A stretch of DNA of 64,000 nucleotides from NCBI GenBank assembly GCA_964106915.2, contig OZ066925.1. The stretch is one strand, 5' to 3'. Below, piece by piece: positions 23,782-36,888 of the stretch. The notes under the pieces are model-generated. The model saw nothing but the letters and a program-made list of their open reading frames with translations. It searched no databases and was not told the DNA's origin. Position numbers and translations under genes: made by a program. The stretch comes from Podarcis gaigeae (Eukaryota). How positions within the stretch are numbered: the stretch's first letter is position 1; every line of letters starts with the position of its first letter.

Positions 23782-26700
23782 CCAGTTATAAGGGCTGTCT
23801 TCAAATTTTCATATCAAAAGTGAATCAAAGCCACACACAGGATTTTCGAGGGGTGGCGCAGCTAATAGGTTTTATAAGGTTTTTAATAATAGGAAGTGGG
23901 TTGGAGGTAGGGAACATGTTTCTGGTATATTTCCAGATATCTCAATACAGAAAAAAATGGGGTTGTAGTGTCTTTTTTATGATACCTTGTTACTAGGGTT
24001 TCAAGAATCTACATTGAGGACTAAGCAGAGTGTATATTTAAAAAAATGAACTGGAAAATCGAGTAGTCTTCTTGTTTCTCCTTCCTCCCATTATTATAGT
24101 CTCTACATTAGCCTACTTTTGCTAATATTCCCTGGTGTAAAAGCTATTTAGTTTTGGGAAAATAAATACAAATCACCAAAACATCTTATATTTCATTTTA
24201 ATTTGACCTAGCTTAATTGAAGTAAAGGCCAAGTGTGCTTTAATGATACTAATTCCTTTACCCACCTTTCTGTGAGTATAATTATGATGAAATATTGGCT
24301 AAGAACATTACCAGCAGAATAATACAAGAAGGGGTGTGGATGTATGAGGAAGGTGATATGGATATATGCTTTATTATCACTCTAGGTAGGCATTGCTCAA
24401 GAGGGAAAATGTGATGTTGCTTTGAAGGTAGAAGAATTGGAGTAACGCAAAATATATGTGCGAGCAGAACTAGTTCTCCAAGCTCACTCACACACCTCTC
24501 ACTTCCCAGGCCTGCTTAGCTATGCCAAGGGCAACAGCTAACTTGGGAGACCTTTGAAACCAGTAGGAGGCCAGCATAGGATTTCTTGCCCTGCATCTCT
24601 TCATCCACATGTCTGTGTTGGGCCTCCTGTCAATGACCAGCTGTTTTAATAGGACCAACATAATGTGAAAGTTTTTCCTGAGCCTCAGTTTCCTGCCAGT
24701 ATTTATAGTTAGATAGATGTACTGCATGAAGTCAAGGTGCTGCATTCTTATGCATAATTTGAATTTCATCTGAGTTGTGCTGGAAGTGAAGAGCAACCTT
24801 GCCCCTATTCCTTGCAAATATATACCTTTTTCCTTTTAGAGTTGTGTTTTCCATAGAGCATTGACTATTGCTATTAATTGTAATGTTCTGTGATCATTTA
24901 TGTGGGCTCTATTTCTATGTTTATATTTTATAACAATTCATTTATCACTTTGAATGGTAATGTTCTCTAGTAAATGTGTTTTGTGCGTGGCGTTCTCAGA
25001 TACCACCTATGGTGCTTTTGTAATTTTCTAATTCGCTCTCGTGGGCTTATATAACTCTGTTCCTTTTACTTCTGAAAGCATTTTTATTTTCCCTATCCCA
25101 TCCTAGTTTCATGGTAGTCCCTTTCCTTTCATTGCTGGATAACTCTGCACAATTTAATTTTATGTTAGTGTATCAGAAGAAATGGGATAGATATGGATAA
25201 GCCTTCACAGAAAAGACTTCACTTAGACAAGAAAATGAAGGTCTGATGACCATGAGCTTGTTTGTTCTGTTCATTTTCAGTTTGTGAATTTCATGTGATT
25301 TAACCTTTGGCTACAATACTTCAAAAGTAGATTACCACTTGCAAAACAGCAAAGGAAGAATGTTCATGAGGAACACTTTAGTGTCTGCCATAATCATATT
25401 AGCAGTGCATAAATACGATTAAATGTATTTGGGGGAGGTTGGGACAGTAAATATAATACCACATGACTTTCTGTTTAAAATATCAATGAAACAGTTTTGT
25501 TTTGTTTTTTAAAAACTGCAGTGTTTTGCAAGCAGTCATTTTAATGAGTACTCAAATACTTGCATGAACAGGACACCACCAGATTAGATAAAACCCTTCA
25601 GAGGACACAGAATAGCAATTTCACCTGGCTCTTTCTGTATTCCTGCCACATCTGCAAGCCATTGATCACCAGCTTTCTTCAACCCATTTGAAATAAAAAT
25701 TTAATCTAGGATAAAACTGTCTAACAGTGTCATGAAAGGGATTGCATTGGCCAATCATAATATTAGGTATTATAATATTGCCTCTTTGACAGTAAGCCTC
25801 TTTTTCTTACTCTTCTAAATCTCTTAAACTAGATTTATTCCAGTGTGCTTTAAAGGTAGTCTCTTTCAATTTAGATCTTATGATTGCAGCCCTTGGCTGT
25901 GATCCAAAGAAGTGATACATTTGTGCAGGAAAGAACAGCGTGCACAGCTGGAACTTCACTTTCTTCTCCTACTGTAGCAGCTTCCACAGCCAGTTGCTTT
26001 TAAGCAGACCAGTAGATGGTTCCTTCCACAGTGAGAACTGCCGTGCAGAAACATAACACATTTCCAGCTGTATTTGTGGTTCCCCTCATGGTTACAAACT
26101 TTAATTTATTTGGATCATAGTTTTTTTTGCGAGTTCATCTGCTGCCAACGTACAGAAATGTGTACAGTTGGGGGGGGGATTCCAGCCCATGAGGATTTAC
26201 TATTTTATTGGAGCCCGTTGACTTGTTTATGTAATAGACAAATGGAAATGGAAGGTTCTTGACCTTTTTCATAAGGCCGCCAGTTTCTCTACATCAGAGT
26301 TTGGGAACCTTTTTCAGACTAAAGGCTGCATTCTGTTCAAAGTAATCTTCTGGGACCCAGAGGCCAAAGTGGACTGAGCAATGCAATTAAACGTCACCTT
26401 TATACAGTAGGCTAGTTTCTACACACAACCACACACACTGATCCAGAAAGCAAGATCAGGGTTACAGCCAGCAAAAAATGCTCAAGGTGCGTGTGAAGCA
26501 AGGTCAATGAGGGGTGTGGCTTGGGGAGAGTCCAAGGGCCGGGGGGGGGGGGGGGACATTTCCTGTTTATGATGCATCTCTGCTTCCACTTGTATCTTCT
26601 CTTTTATGCATGTAATGTTTAGGCAAGCCCACCTTCACCCAAAATGCATCCAGTTTTGGGAGGTGTCTAACTCAGGCCAATTTTATTCTCTCTTGCCATT

Positions 26701-26884
26701 TCTGTTTTAAAAGCCATGGTAATTATTTATTTTGGCATACAGTATAGGAATTTTTATTTAAATTGGTTACTCAGATTGTTGCTTTGTTCTTGGCACCTGA
26801 ACAGCAGTCTAACTTGGTCAAAGAAGAATTTACCTTGTCTTCATTTCACTATGGAATTGGTTACAAAAAAGTGAAGAACCACTG

Positions 26885-27392
26885 CCGAAATGCATTACAT
26901 TTCCGTAACCAGACAGAGGACCTTCTCGGTAGTAGTGCCTGCCCTGTGGAATGCCCTCCCATCAGATGTCAAGGAAATAAACAACTACAGTGGTACCTTG
27001 GTTTATGAACTTAATCCTTTCCGGAAGTCCGTTCTTAAACCGAAACCATTCTTAAGCCAAGGCATGCTTTCCTTAATGAGGCCTCCTGCCGCCGGTGCCC
27101 TTCCGCCAGTTGGCTTCCATTCTTAGACCGAGGTAAAGTTCGCAAACTGGGACACTACTTCCGGTTTTGCGGAGTTCGTAAACCGAATCGTTTGTAAACA
27201 GGGCTGTTCTTAAACTGAGGTACCACTGTATCTTACTTTTAGAAGACACCTGAAGGCAACCCTGTATCAGGAAAAGTTGTTTTACAGAAAAATGTTTTAC
27301 AAAAAAAAAAGTGCTCTAAACACATAAGAGTGGCTGGGGAAACCCAGCCAGATGGGTGGGGTATAAATAGTAACATTTTTATTTTTATTACT
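26885..27392 (+). mobile_element. L2-type LINE 3' fragment, split by a MITE
   Basis: Translates RQRTFSVVVPALWNALPSDVKEINN; resumes after the MITE; 3' end GAGTGGCTGGGGAAACCCAGCCAGATGGG; paralog at 38441-38670. Confidence 0.75.
26988..27228. mobile_element. Tc1/mariner (Tigger/pogo-like) MITE
   Basis: TIRs CAGTGGTACCT / AGGTACCACTG, TA target duplication on both sides. Confidence 0.88.
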
Positions 27393-30300
27393 ACATGTTC
27401 TATGTCAAATACCAGATACTTAGATCCTATGTCTAAAATTGGACTGTTTGAATTTGGTCAGCAGCCACAGTGTGACAGAACTTGAGAGTTCATGCGGAAC
27501 AACAGAGAGAGTCCCTTATTGCACTTGTGTGCTCAGGTTTATGCTTCCAATTGATTGTGGAAGCAGCACTGAAGGGTCCTAGTATAGAAAGGATTCCTGA
27601 TTCAGTTATGATTCATTGATTTTAAAAAAAAAAAATCTTACTCAGCATTCTTTCAGCTGAGTTTGTAATGCATTTGGCTTCTCTATGACATAAACTAACC
27701 TGATAGTTTTACTCAACCCTATGGCATCTTTAATCTGCATGGGGAAATAGGTTTGTCCCAAGTTATAGTATATAGGTCACTGAGAGCTTTCTGGGAAGGC
27801 AGCGTTGCCTGATCTGCTTAATGTGTTCTGCATGCAGCCATATGTGTGTGTTATTATATGACTTGCTTTTACTTTTTCACTCTCAGTATAAACTCGCTAG
27901 ATGTTAAACTCTAAATTGATGGCTCTGGCACTTAGAAGGTGAATTGGGGGAGGCTTGTGCCTTTGGCTGAGTATGCACTGATGAATCTTTTTTCATATCT
28001 AGGAACTTGCTTTACAAGCTGGCAAGGGAAAATACTAGATGCTGATAGTGGTAGCCTCTGTAGTTCTTGGAATCTAAGCAGTCCAGCCTTAAGAGTCATT
28101 AAGAAGAGTGAAGAGCAAGAGACCCATGACTGGACTGAAAGAAAAGCAGACAGTAGCAGCCTGCTATTGTGGGGTTCCTGTGTGGTCTGTCTCACACAGT
28201 ATCTTTCTAAAGTCACAATTGCAGCAGCAGTGTTAGGTTCTCACAGCTGTCAATTGCTTGTACATTGAATGCGGGTGTGAGGGTGCATAACAGGACAACG
28301 TGTCTTGTTTATTATCTACACAACCAAGAACATGGCCTTGGTGAACTCAAGTAGTTATAGTGTTAAGGGCCTACTACTTTGAGTTGAATTTCCTCCCTCA
28401 TACCATTTGTGTGGATTTGACTTGTTTGCAACCCTCCTGAGTACACAGGCAAGTAACTAAACAAAGAGGATTTAGCTACTTGTCCAAATGTCCTATCTGA
28501 CTTGTATTCAGAATTACTGTATAGATTTGAGGGGGAAAGCCAGTTAGCTTGAATTGCTAGTTTGAAGGTCACCCAGCTTCTTGTCATTACTGCAGATTTC
28601 ATATTGATCACTAGAAATACATTTCTCCAAGTACAGCAGAAGGTGTTTTTGGTATGACTCCAACAAAAAACTAATGGTGGTTCTAGCAGAATAAAAAGTT
28701 GCTTAAAACTAAAAATCAATTGAATGGAAACTAACACAATCTGTCCTTAACGTTGCCTTGTCCCTCTCTATCTAGCAATAATTATTGGGGCCATTCTGTT
28801 AAGGTTGGCTCTAGAATACAGTACTTCTACTTAGTAAATGTACTATAGTATAGCTTGTTTTGTAAAGCACCATGTAAATAATTATTTTGTATTGGAGTTT
28901 GCTTTTTTCCTTATTCCTCTCCACCCTTTTTTCTATATGACTAGTGTCTCTTGGTTCAGTGGTGCAGAAACTTCAGGCTGTATGATCTACTTTGAGGTTT
29001 TTGCTAGAACTCCCAAAATCCACCAGCCAGACCTGGTGGAATTCTGAGCTCAGAAAGTTGTTTTGAGTCTCAGAACTAATTGAATTCACTGGTTTTTATG
29101 TGGAAAGACTAAGCTTTTTCCAATTTACCTGTGTAATGTAGAGTGGGATTTAGAAATCCTTGCTAATCTACTTGAAGTCACTCAGGCATATGAGTAGATC
29201 AACATTTACTTTCTGTTTACTTCTGTTTTGATTGTAAGCCTGAATGCAAGGTCTGTCTTGTTTTTTATTTACTTATAAGGCACTCTAGGAGGATTTTCAG
29301 CTGAAGGGTAGAATAAAAGCATAACGTGATGATATAATTAAAATGTAAGCTGTTTCAAGTAAATATTGTATGTTGAATAACTTTAAATGTTTGGAACAAT
29401 ACAGATCACAATTTAAAGTCTGCATTTCATCTTTATTTAATTTTATTTACTGTATTTAGTGTATTTCATACACTAGACACCATTGAAACCATAGAATAAT
29501 TCTGTGTAAATAACAATATTTTGGTCAATAGAATTCTTGTTTTATAAAAATGGAGAATATTGTTCTCTTAATGTTTTGTGTTAGTTTGAGAAACATAAAC
29601 CATTGCTTTAACACTACATTTCATACTAATTGTCAATTCTACTATACCCCAAGGATATTTAGAAAGTAGCACATAAGGGTTAATGTAATATGACATAAGT
29701 ATGCTATGTAAAGATTAATCTCTCCTTCATGATACTCTTCCATGACTTACTGTAAATACATTCTTCATTATCTTTTCAGGACTATAAGAGTCTTGGATGC
29801 TTTCCAAGCTTTAAGCATTGAATGTTTGTTTCACTTGTTTGCTTTTTATTAAAGGCTTTGTGAAATAGGTGATGGGAACATTGATTTTGTTGTCCTCTTT
29901 GTTGATTGTGAATGTATGTACAACAATTGACTTTCTGTCCCAATTGTAAAGTATAAACACATTATCTTATTGTATAAGGTAATCCCATTGTTTAAAAGTT
30001 TTTATGGGACGAGTGATTAAATGTGCTTGTTTGTTACACTGCCAGTCAGAGTTTAATCTAAATAGGGAAATACACCGCAGTACTGCAGTTTATGAAATAA
30101 GCCCACATTTTTCTTCTTCTATAGCAGGCATATAGAGGCTGCAATCTACTCCCACTATAAAAAAACTGGGAGAATGACCCAAAGTTGTTGAGCTTTTTTG
30201 GGGGGTGGGAACTTACCAGGGGAAACCCAGCAATCAATAATCAATAGATCACGATTGACTGTTTGGACATACCTGTTCTATGTTCTATACCATAGTTTAG

Positions 30301-30813
30301 CTATATGCTGTGCCTGCTTGCTGTTAGTGTGTTTTTTAAGATACAGTGGGACTATGCACTTCATATTTAAAGCACCACATGTCTGGTTTTTTACATAGGT
30401 ATTTATATCATTGTGCAAAAATATTCAAGGATTGGTACCAAGCGACACAAAAATTCCTAGTCTTCTTTTCCAATCTGGTGGATGTTAAATGTCAGGAATT
30501 CTGTTCAGTTTAAAAGAAAAGAAAAGAAAGTTCTGCATCATCTCTGAGCATTTCTTATGCTTTTGCAAATGGTTTAGAATTTTCAAAACAATTTTACAGA
30601 CTGGAAATAGTGATCCAGTACAAGATAATCAAGTCAATTGCTTATATCTCTAGCATAAATACAGGGCGCAACCATTTTAGATGCACCCAATTGATGTGCG
30701 GTTGCCGACACATGGGTCCTTTTGGACCTGAAAGAAAGTGGAATTTCTTTCTGCCGTATAAGTGCAGGAGACTCCCTCTTTGTTTATGTTGGAATTCAGA
30801 ATATAGTACACAA

Positions 30814-30932
30814 ATCATATAATTATAGAGTTGGAAGGGATCCCTAGGATCATCTAGTCCAACTGCCAGCAATGCGAGAATCTCAACTAGATCATACATA
30901 ATGGAACAGATAACCATCCAATCTCTGCTTAA
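30814..30932 (-). mobile_element. CR1 LINE 3' fragment
   Basis: AGAGTTGGAAGGGATCCC...ATCATCTAGTCCAAC...CCATCCAATCTCTGCTTAA; similar to 21199 and 59584. Confidence 0.65.
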
Positions 30933-31074
30933 GAGCTACATCTGAAAGGTACCACGTTGACTACCTCAGTGCTAGACTATTCTTACTTCTGTATCAATAC
31001 TTTTTACTATGCAAGAAGCTTCTGTGTTTGAAACTTTTTCTTTGTTGTTATTACAATAATATATATATTTTTAA

Positions 31075-31438
31075 AAAGGTAAAGGACCCCTGACAGTTAA
31101 GGCCAGTCGCGAACGACTCTGGGTTGTGGCACTCATCTCGCTTTACAGGCCAAGGGAGCAGGCATTTGTCCGCAGACAGTTTTTCCGTGTCATGTGGCCA
31201 GCATGACTAAGCCGCTTCTGGCGAAACCAGAGCAGCGCACCGAAACGCTGTTTACCTTCCTGCTGGAGCAGTACCTATTTATTTACTTGCATTTTGACGT
31301 GCCTTCAAACTGCTAGGTTGGCAGGAGGTGGGACCGAACAACGAGAGCTCACCCCGTCGTGGGGATTCGAACTGCCGACCTTCTGAGCGGCAAGCCCTAG
31401 CTAGTTTCAGTGGTTTATACTACAGCGCCACCTGCGTC
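31075..31438 (-). mobile_element. Sauria SINE (subfamily A type)
   Basis: AAAGGTAAAGGACCCCTGAC...CAGCGCCACCTGCGTC. Confidence 0.93.
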
Positions 31439-31582
31439 ATATAATGTAACATAAATTCCTGTTACCCTTCAGAACAAAAGTGATCCAATTTGTCCTTTGC
31501 CTTGGAGCTTCTTTCTCTGTTATCAATTTTGAGACCTTTTATTCAAATATACAAAAGAGTTTTTCTTTGCTTTCCATGTGAA

Positions 31583-31756
31583 ACCTTCCCTCCTACATGC
31601 CAGGGCTAGCTAGCCAAAGGTTGGTTTACTGTCATTCAAGCTACATGTGCTGAATTGCCGTCTTCTGCACCTTCCCTCCTACATGCCAGGGCTAGCTAGC
31701 CAAAGGTTGGTTTACTGTCATTCAAGCTACATGTGCTGAATTGCCGTCTTCTGCAC
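31583..31756. repeat. Perfect 86-bp tandem duplication
   Basis: 31583-31668 is identical to 31669-31754; 2-bp AC microhomology at the junction. Confidence 0.9.
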
Positions 31757-32464
31757 AGCTACTAAAGATGCAGGAACCCTGTCAGGTTTTATATCTGGCC
31801 TGACCCTACTCTCCTTGTGTTGCTTTCTTCCATTTTCTGCCTTATGGGACCCACAATGAAATTTGCATGATGACTTCAGTCTTTTCAAGATAGTCCAAAT
31901 TCACAGAATACGTGGGCAACATGAATAGTATCTTGGCGAAAATCATTTTGTGGATTTTTCTGAACAATGCAGTTGCATTCCATTAGTGAAAATAATTGCT
32001 GTTAGGATTTTCCCATTTTTGTCACCCATCAGAATACATGTTAGGAAAATGTTACGTTAACAGCAGCCAACATAAGTTTTTTTAATAAAAAAAATTAGCT
32101 GTTGCTGATCTAATTACTATAACTGAAAGTTCTGTGGTTCATATTCCTTTACACTGAGAAGGATGTGCCCATTTTTTTAAAAGCATCAGTGGTGCTAGGC
32201 TTCCCTCTTCTTAAAAGCTTCTGGGGAAATGTGTCCTTTTGTTGAAAAACTAATAATAGTAAAATGATTTTATCTTTGAACTGAAAAAGCAACTGCCTGA
32301 ATTCTGCTATGTATTTCTCTGATAATTCAGTTTCTTCTGTCGGCCTGTTGCTGCCATGGGACTTACCCCTTTCCCTTTTTTATGCATCAGTTTGTGTGAG
32401 CTGAGCTGAACAATTTCCCCCGTTCTTTAAACCATGTGGATTTTTGTTATTTTTGACGGTTGTA

Positions 32465-32685
32465 CAGTGGACTCTCCAGATACAAATTAAATTCATTCCG
32501 GGGGTCCGTACTTAACCTGAAAAGTACGTAACTGGAGACGCCGCTTCTGCACATGCACGTGGTGCAATAGAGCGTTTCTGCACATACACGCGCGGCGAAA
32601 CCCGGAAGTCTACACTTCCAGGTTTGCCATGTTCGCAACCCGAAAGTTACATATCCAGAGTGGTACGTAACCCGAGGGTCCACTG
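32465..32685. mobile_element. Tc1/mariner-type MITE
   Basis: TIRs CAGTGGACTCTC / GAGGGTCCACTG; TA on both sides. Confidence 0.85.
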
Positions 32686-32816
32686 TATACGGAAATGCAG
32701 TGTCACCATACCGCAGCTATTTTTAGCAATATATTTCCATGAGCCCCAATCTAGTGCTGATTATAGTGTTCGACCCATGTGTGAAATGTGAGAAGGGGTT
32801 GCGTTTCTTTTTTAAA

Positions 32817-33180
32817 AAAGGTAAAGGACCCCTGACAGTTAAGTCTAGTTGCAAATGACTTTGGGGTTGCGGCGCTCATCTTGCTTTACAGGACGAGGGA
32901 GCTGGCAGTTGTCCGCAGACAGTTTTTCTGGGTCATGTGGCCAGCATGATTAAGCCGCTTCTGGTGAAACCAGAGCAGTGCACAGAAACGACATTTACCT
33001 TCCTGCCGGAGCGGTACCTATTTATGTACTTGCACTTTTTGGCATGCTTTCAAACTGCTAGGTTGGTAGGAGCTGGGACTGAGCAACAAGACCTCATCCT
33101 GTCGCGGGGATTCGAACCGCCGACCTTCTGATCAGCAAGCCCAAGAGGCTCAGTGGTTGAAACCACAGCTCTACCCGCGT
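32817..33180 (-). mobile_element. Sauria SINE (subfamily A type)
   Basis: AAAGGTAAAGGACCCCTGAC...CACAGCTCTACCCGCGT. Confidence 0.92.
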
Positions 33181-33623
33181 TTCTTATTTGCTGCTAATTG
33201 CCTCTTCTTAGCTTACTATCCTACCGCATCACTTTTTTCCCAGAGTCCTCTGCAAACTTCAGCAATAGCGTGAGACAATTTGCTTCCTATCTTCCAGAAG
33301 GGAGCCTTCAATGTTATGCTGAGATTTGAAGCTCAGCAGAACAGAAAGGTATTTGAGCATACAACCTGCTCCTAGGCTCAGTGCAGTATAACAGGCTTTC
33401 TTTCACCTTTTGTCACCTGAGTCAGGAAAGGAAGTCATATTGAGCTGAGCAGGGTCTGCACTGAAGGACCAGGTGCGGTTGCCTCTGGTGTGTAGATTTG
33501 GAGGCCTGCCTTCAAAGAATAAACAAAAACTGAAAACTGATGAAATGCCATTAGAGGGGAATCTCCAGTTATGCAGGGGTTCCATTCCTGGCTGCCACTG
33601 TACAACCTGCTGGGACACACACC

Positions 33624-34193
33624 CAGGGTGGATTTGATTTAAATCAAATCAATTTAAATCACTAGTCAGTGATTACAGGAAGACTCATTCTTGCTGGTCT
33701 AATCTTAATATTTACAACCAGATAAAGGTTTCATTTGTGGAATAATAACTTTTCAGAGTAGTTTTTACAGTTATATATCAAAAATTACTGATTTGGTTAT
33801 ACTGTTAGAAATATGTAGACCGATATTATGAAATTATTGTGAAGTTTAATAAGTTAACTTTATATTGGACAACTTTGCTGCTGTACTTTATTGGAAGGAG
33901 AATTTCCTTAATAACAATTTAGACAATTTATTAACTAAAACAATAACATTATAGCATATGTATCCATGTTTGTTAACTGATGTGGTTAAACAATTTAAAA
34001 CAAAAACTTAGATTGAGTTTTAGCACATATGAAAAACCTAAAACAAATCCTTATTTCCTGATGAATAGCCTTTGGGCTATAATGTAACTTTAATAGAAAA
34101 CTATCTTTAGAAGGATTTTTTCCTCCGAAAGCATTTTATTTTAAAAATACAATTTAAATAAATAAATAAAATCATTGATTTTTATCCACCCTG
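33624..34193. mobile_element. Non-autonomous hAT transposon
   Basis: TIRs CAGGGTGGAT / ATCCACCCTG; subterminal ATTTAAAT repeats; 8-bp flanks CACACACC / CACGTGCC interpretable as a CpG-decayed TSD. Confidence 0.8.
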
Positions 34194-35044
34194 CACGTGC
34201 CAATGGGCAGTCCCCCGTTCCACCCCTGACCCTCTTTGGCTCCAAGAATGACACATGTGTCAATGGGAGCACACATGCTGATCGCATACAGGTGTGCTCC
34301 TGTATGTAACCTCCTAGGTCTTCACAGCTTCTGCTTGTTTCAGTAGTGCTAGAACAGCAAGCGTACTATGAGACAATACAGGGAGATGTTTTATGCTGCC
34401 TTTTGAACCTTATTTTTAAAGTTATAGTTCTGCCGCTAATCATTCATTTAATTTGCTTTTATTGATTCCGTCCCCACCTTTTGTTTTTGCAAGAAGTGGG
34501 GTATGTTAGGTTGAGCTACTGGCACAAGGTCACTCACATATCTGTGAGCCAGAATAAGAATCTGCTTTAGATAATATACAATCATAAGTCTATGTATTAT
34601 GGGAGTGGGATATCACAGTTGCCCAAGTTTAAAATATAGCACATCTGGTACTGATATAATCGTACACAGGAGCACAATTTGTCGTTAGTACACAGGAAAC
34701 AGATAACCATCTTGGTATCATGGGTGGTATTCAAGATGGGTAAGACCCATTGAAATTAATGCAACTAAATTTCATTTATTAACTTTGGTGGTTCTACTCT
34801 GTGAAATGCTTACTTCAATACTGCTCATTATATGCAGCATTTGGCAAAACTATCTAGTTTGCAAAGTGCCTGGGTAAGACAGAGGTTAACACTTTTCTTT
34901 GTATGCATATTCAGTATTATGAAATAATGATATTTGGAAAATAGCGTTTTGAGGTATGCATATAAATCTAATTTTCCTTCACCTTTTGTTCTCTCTCACT
35001 CACTCACTCACTCACTCACACAAACACACACACAATCAACATTG

Positions 35045-35860
35045 CAAGAAAGTTATAATATCTTTGCTGGGTCAGACAAAAGTTCCATCTTGTCTAGCAT
35101 CCTGTTTCGCATAGTGACTGACCCCTTGCCTTTCAAGAAGCCTCAAGTGTGACATTTATTTCCTCTCTATTGTCTTTCCTGTGGTTGCAACTGGTATTTG
35201 TTGGCATAGTTCCTCTGACTATTAAGGTTCAGTTATAACCATCCTAGGGACGCAGGTGGCGCTGTGGGTTAAAGCCTCAGCGCCTAGGACTTGCCGATCG
35301 AAAGGTCGGCGGTTCGAATCCCTGCGGCGGGGTGCGCTCCCGCTGCTCGGTCCCAGCGCCTGCCAACCTAGCAGTTCGAAAGCACCTCCGGGTGCAAGTA
35401 GATAAATAGGGACCGCTTACTAGCGGGAAGGTAAACGGCGTTTCCGTGTGCGGCTCTGGCTCTCCAGATGCAGCTTTGTCACGCTGGCCACGTGACCCGG
35501 AAGTGTCTCCGGACAGCGCTGGCCCCTGGCCTCTTGAGTGAGATGGGCGCACAACCCCAGAGTCTGGCAAGACTGGCCCGTACGGGCAGGGGTACCTTTA
35601 CCTTTACCTTTATAACCATCCTGGCTAATATTGATTGATAGACCAATGTTCCATCACTTTGTGTAATTAACGCCTTCTCAGACAGTATCCATCACTACAT
35701 CTTACTGTACCAGTAAATTCTATAATTAAGCATTGTGTGAAGAAGTATTCTATTATTGTCTGTTTTGAATTTGCTATCCATTTTAATTGAGTGACTCAGA
35801 ATGAAACTACGTGTCTCAGAAATAGTTACTTCCTTAACATCATGTATCATTTTTAAGATG
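35045..35860 (-). mobile_element. Old CR1 LINE 3' fragment, split by a Sauria SINE
   Basis: TGCTGGGTCAGACAAAAGTTCCATCTTGTCTAGCATCCTGTTTC and downstream TGTGTGAAGAAGTATT typical of reversed CR1 3' ends. Confidence 0.5.
35246..35609 (+). mobile_element. Sauria SINE (subfamily B type), full length, CpG-rich
   Basis: GGGACGCAGGTGGCGCTGTGGG...(ACCTTT)3; 13-bp TSD TTATAACCATCCT at 35233-35245 and 35610-35622. Confidence 0.96.
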
Positions 35861-36719
35861 TATCCTCAACACCATGTTTCATTTTTTATGTTTTCCCCTC
35901 TAAATGTTTCCTCCAAAAGCTCAACAGACCCAAATCCCCTTTAATCTACTTTGCAGGTTCCAACCCCTTGATTTTCTTTTCCCCCTAATAATTGCTAATA
36001 TGAAACTTGCCATTTTGGGCAAAAAACCACTGTTGCCTACTGCAGCACCAAATATCTCTTTCCTGGCTAGTCAATGAGATGTCAGATTTCATTGATTTAT
36101 TTGTAGTTAGTATCTTTTGCCCCAGTGTACATAACTTTATGATTACTTTAACTGAACCTAAGTTGTCATTTTGTTGGCTTTTCACCAATTTACTTAGCTC
36201 TTTGGCAATCTCCCCATTCTTCAAAAATCCCTTTACGTATTCCTTTTGTCACCTCAACAGTTTTGACCACCTTTCTAACTGGTTTAGTGCCTCTGGTGTA
36301 TTTAAATACTGTAACTGTTTACTGCTTGTCTTAATGTTTCTAGCAATATGCTTTTAATTCCCTTTTTCTTGCTTTCTGTACTGTCAGCTTACACTTCTTT
36401 TGCCACAGTCTGTGAAGCTCTGCTTCTTGAGCAGCCTTTTAAAAATAAAAAGCTGTCACAGCATTTTGTGATTATTTTCTCTGCACAATGGTGGATAAAT
36501 CTTGTTAGTTTTTGTTACTCATCCATTTTCTGCTATGGTTGGCCTGGTTCTATGATAGCTTCTTATCCAGTCAACTAATACTCAGTTTATCCAGAAAGAA
36601 TAATATACACAAAGTTGTCAATGAGATTGATAGCAAACCTATAGAGATCAAGCCATAGCATAAGAATGGGCAACCTCTAGATGTTGCTGAGCCAGTGTGG
36701 TGTAGTGGTTAGAGCATCC

Positions 36720-36888
36720 CACCTTTTTCTCTGAGGAGTACATGGTTTACCCCCTTCCTAAATTAATCCCTACAATGACCCTGTGAGTTAGATTAAGAGG
36801 CTGTGACTGGCCTCATGACTGAGTGGGGATTTGAACCCTGGACTCTGAGGTCCTAGTCTAACACTCTAACCACTACACCACACTGGCT
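36720..36888 (-). mobile_element. tRNA-derived CORE/MIR-like (Squam3-type) SINE
   Basis: Reverse complement begins AGCCAGTGTGGTGTAGTGGTTAGAG (box A) with GGTTCAAATCC (box B). Confidence 0.75.

Noticed and set aside
23697-23996. Poly-Leu signal-peptide-like ORF
   Set aside because: Translation of a (TTA)n microsatellite
35246-35330. tRNA genes (box A/box B, GGTTCGAATCC)
   Set aside because: Every instance is a SINE head followed by SINE body; no complete cloverleaf
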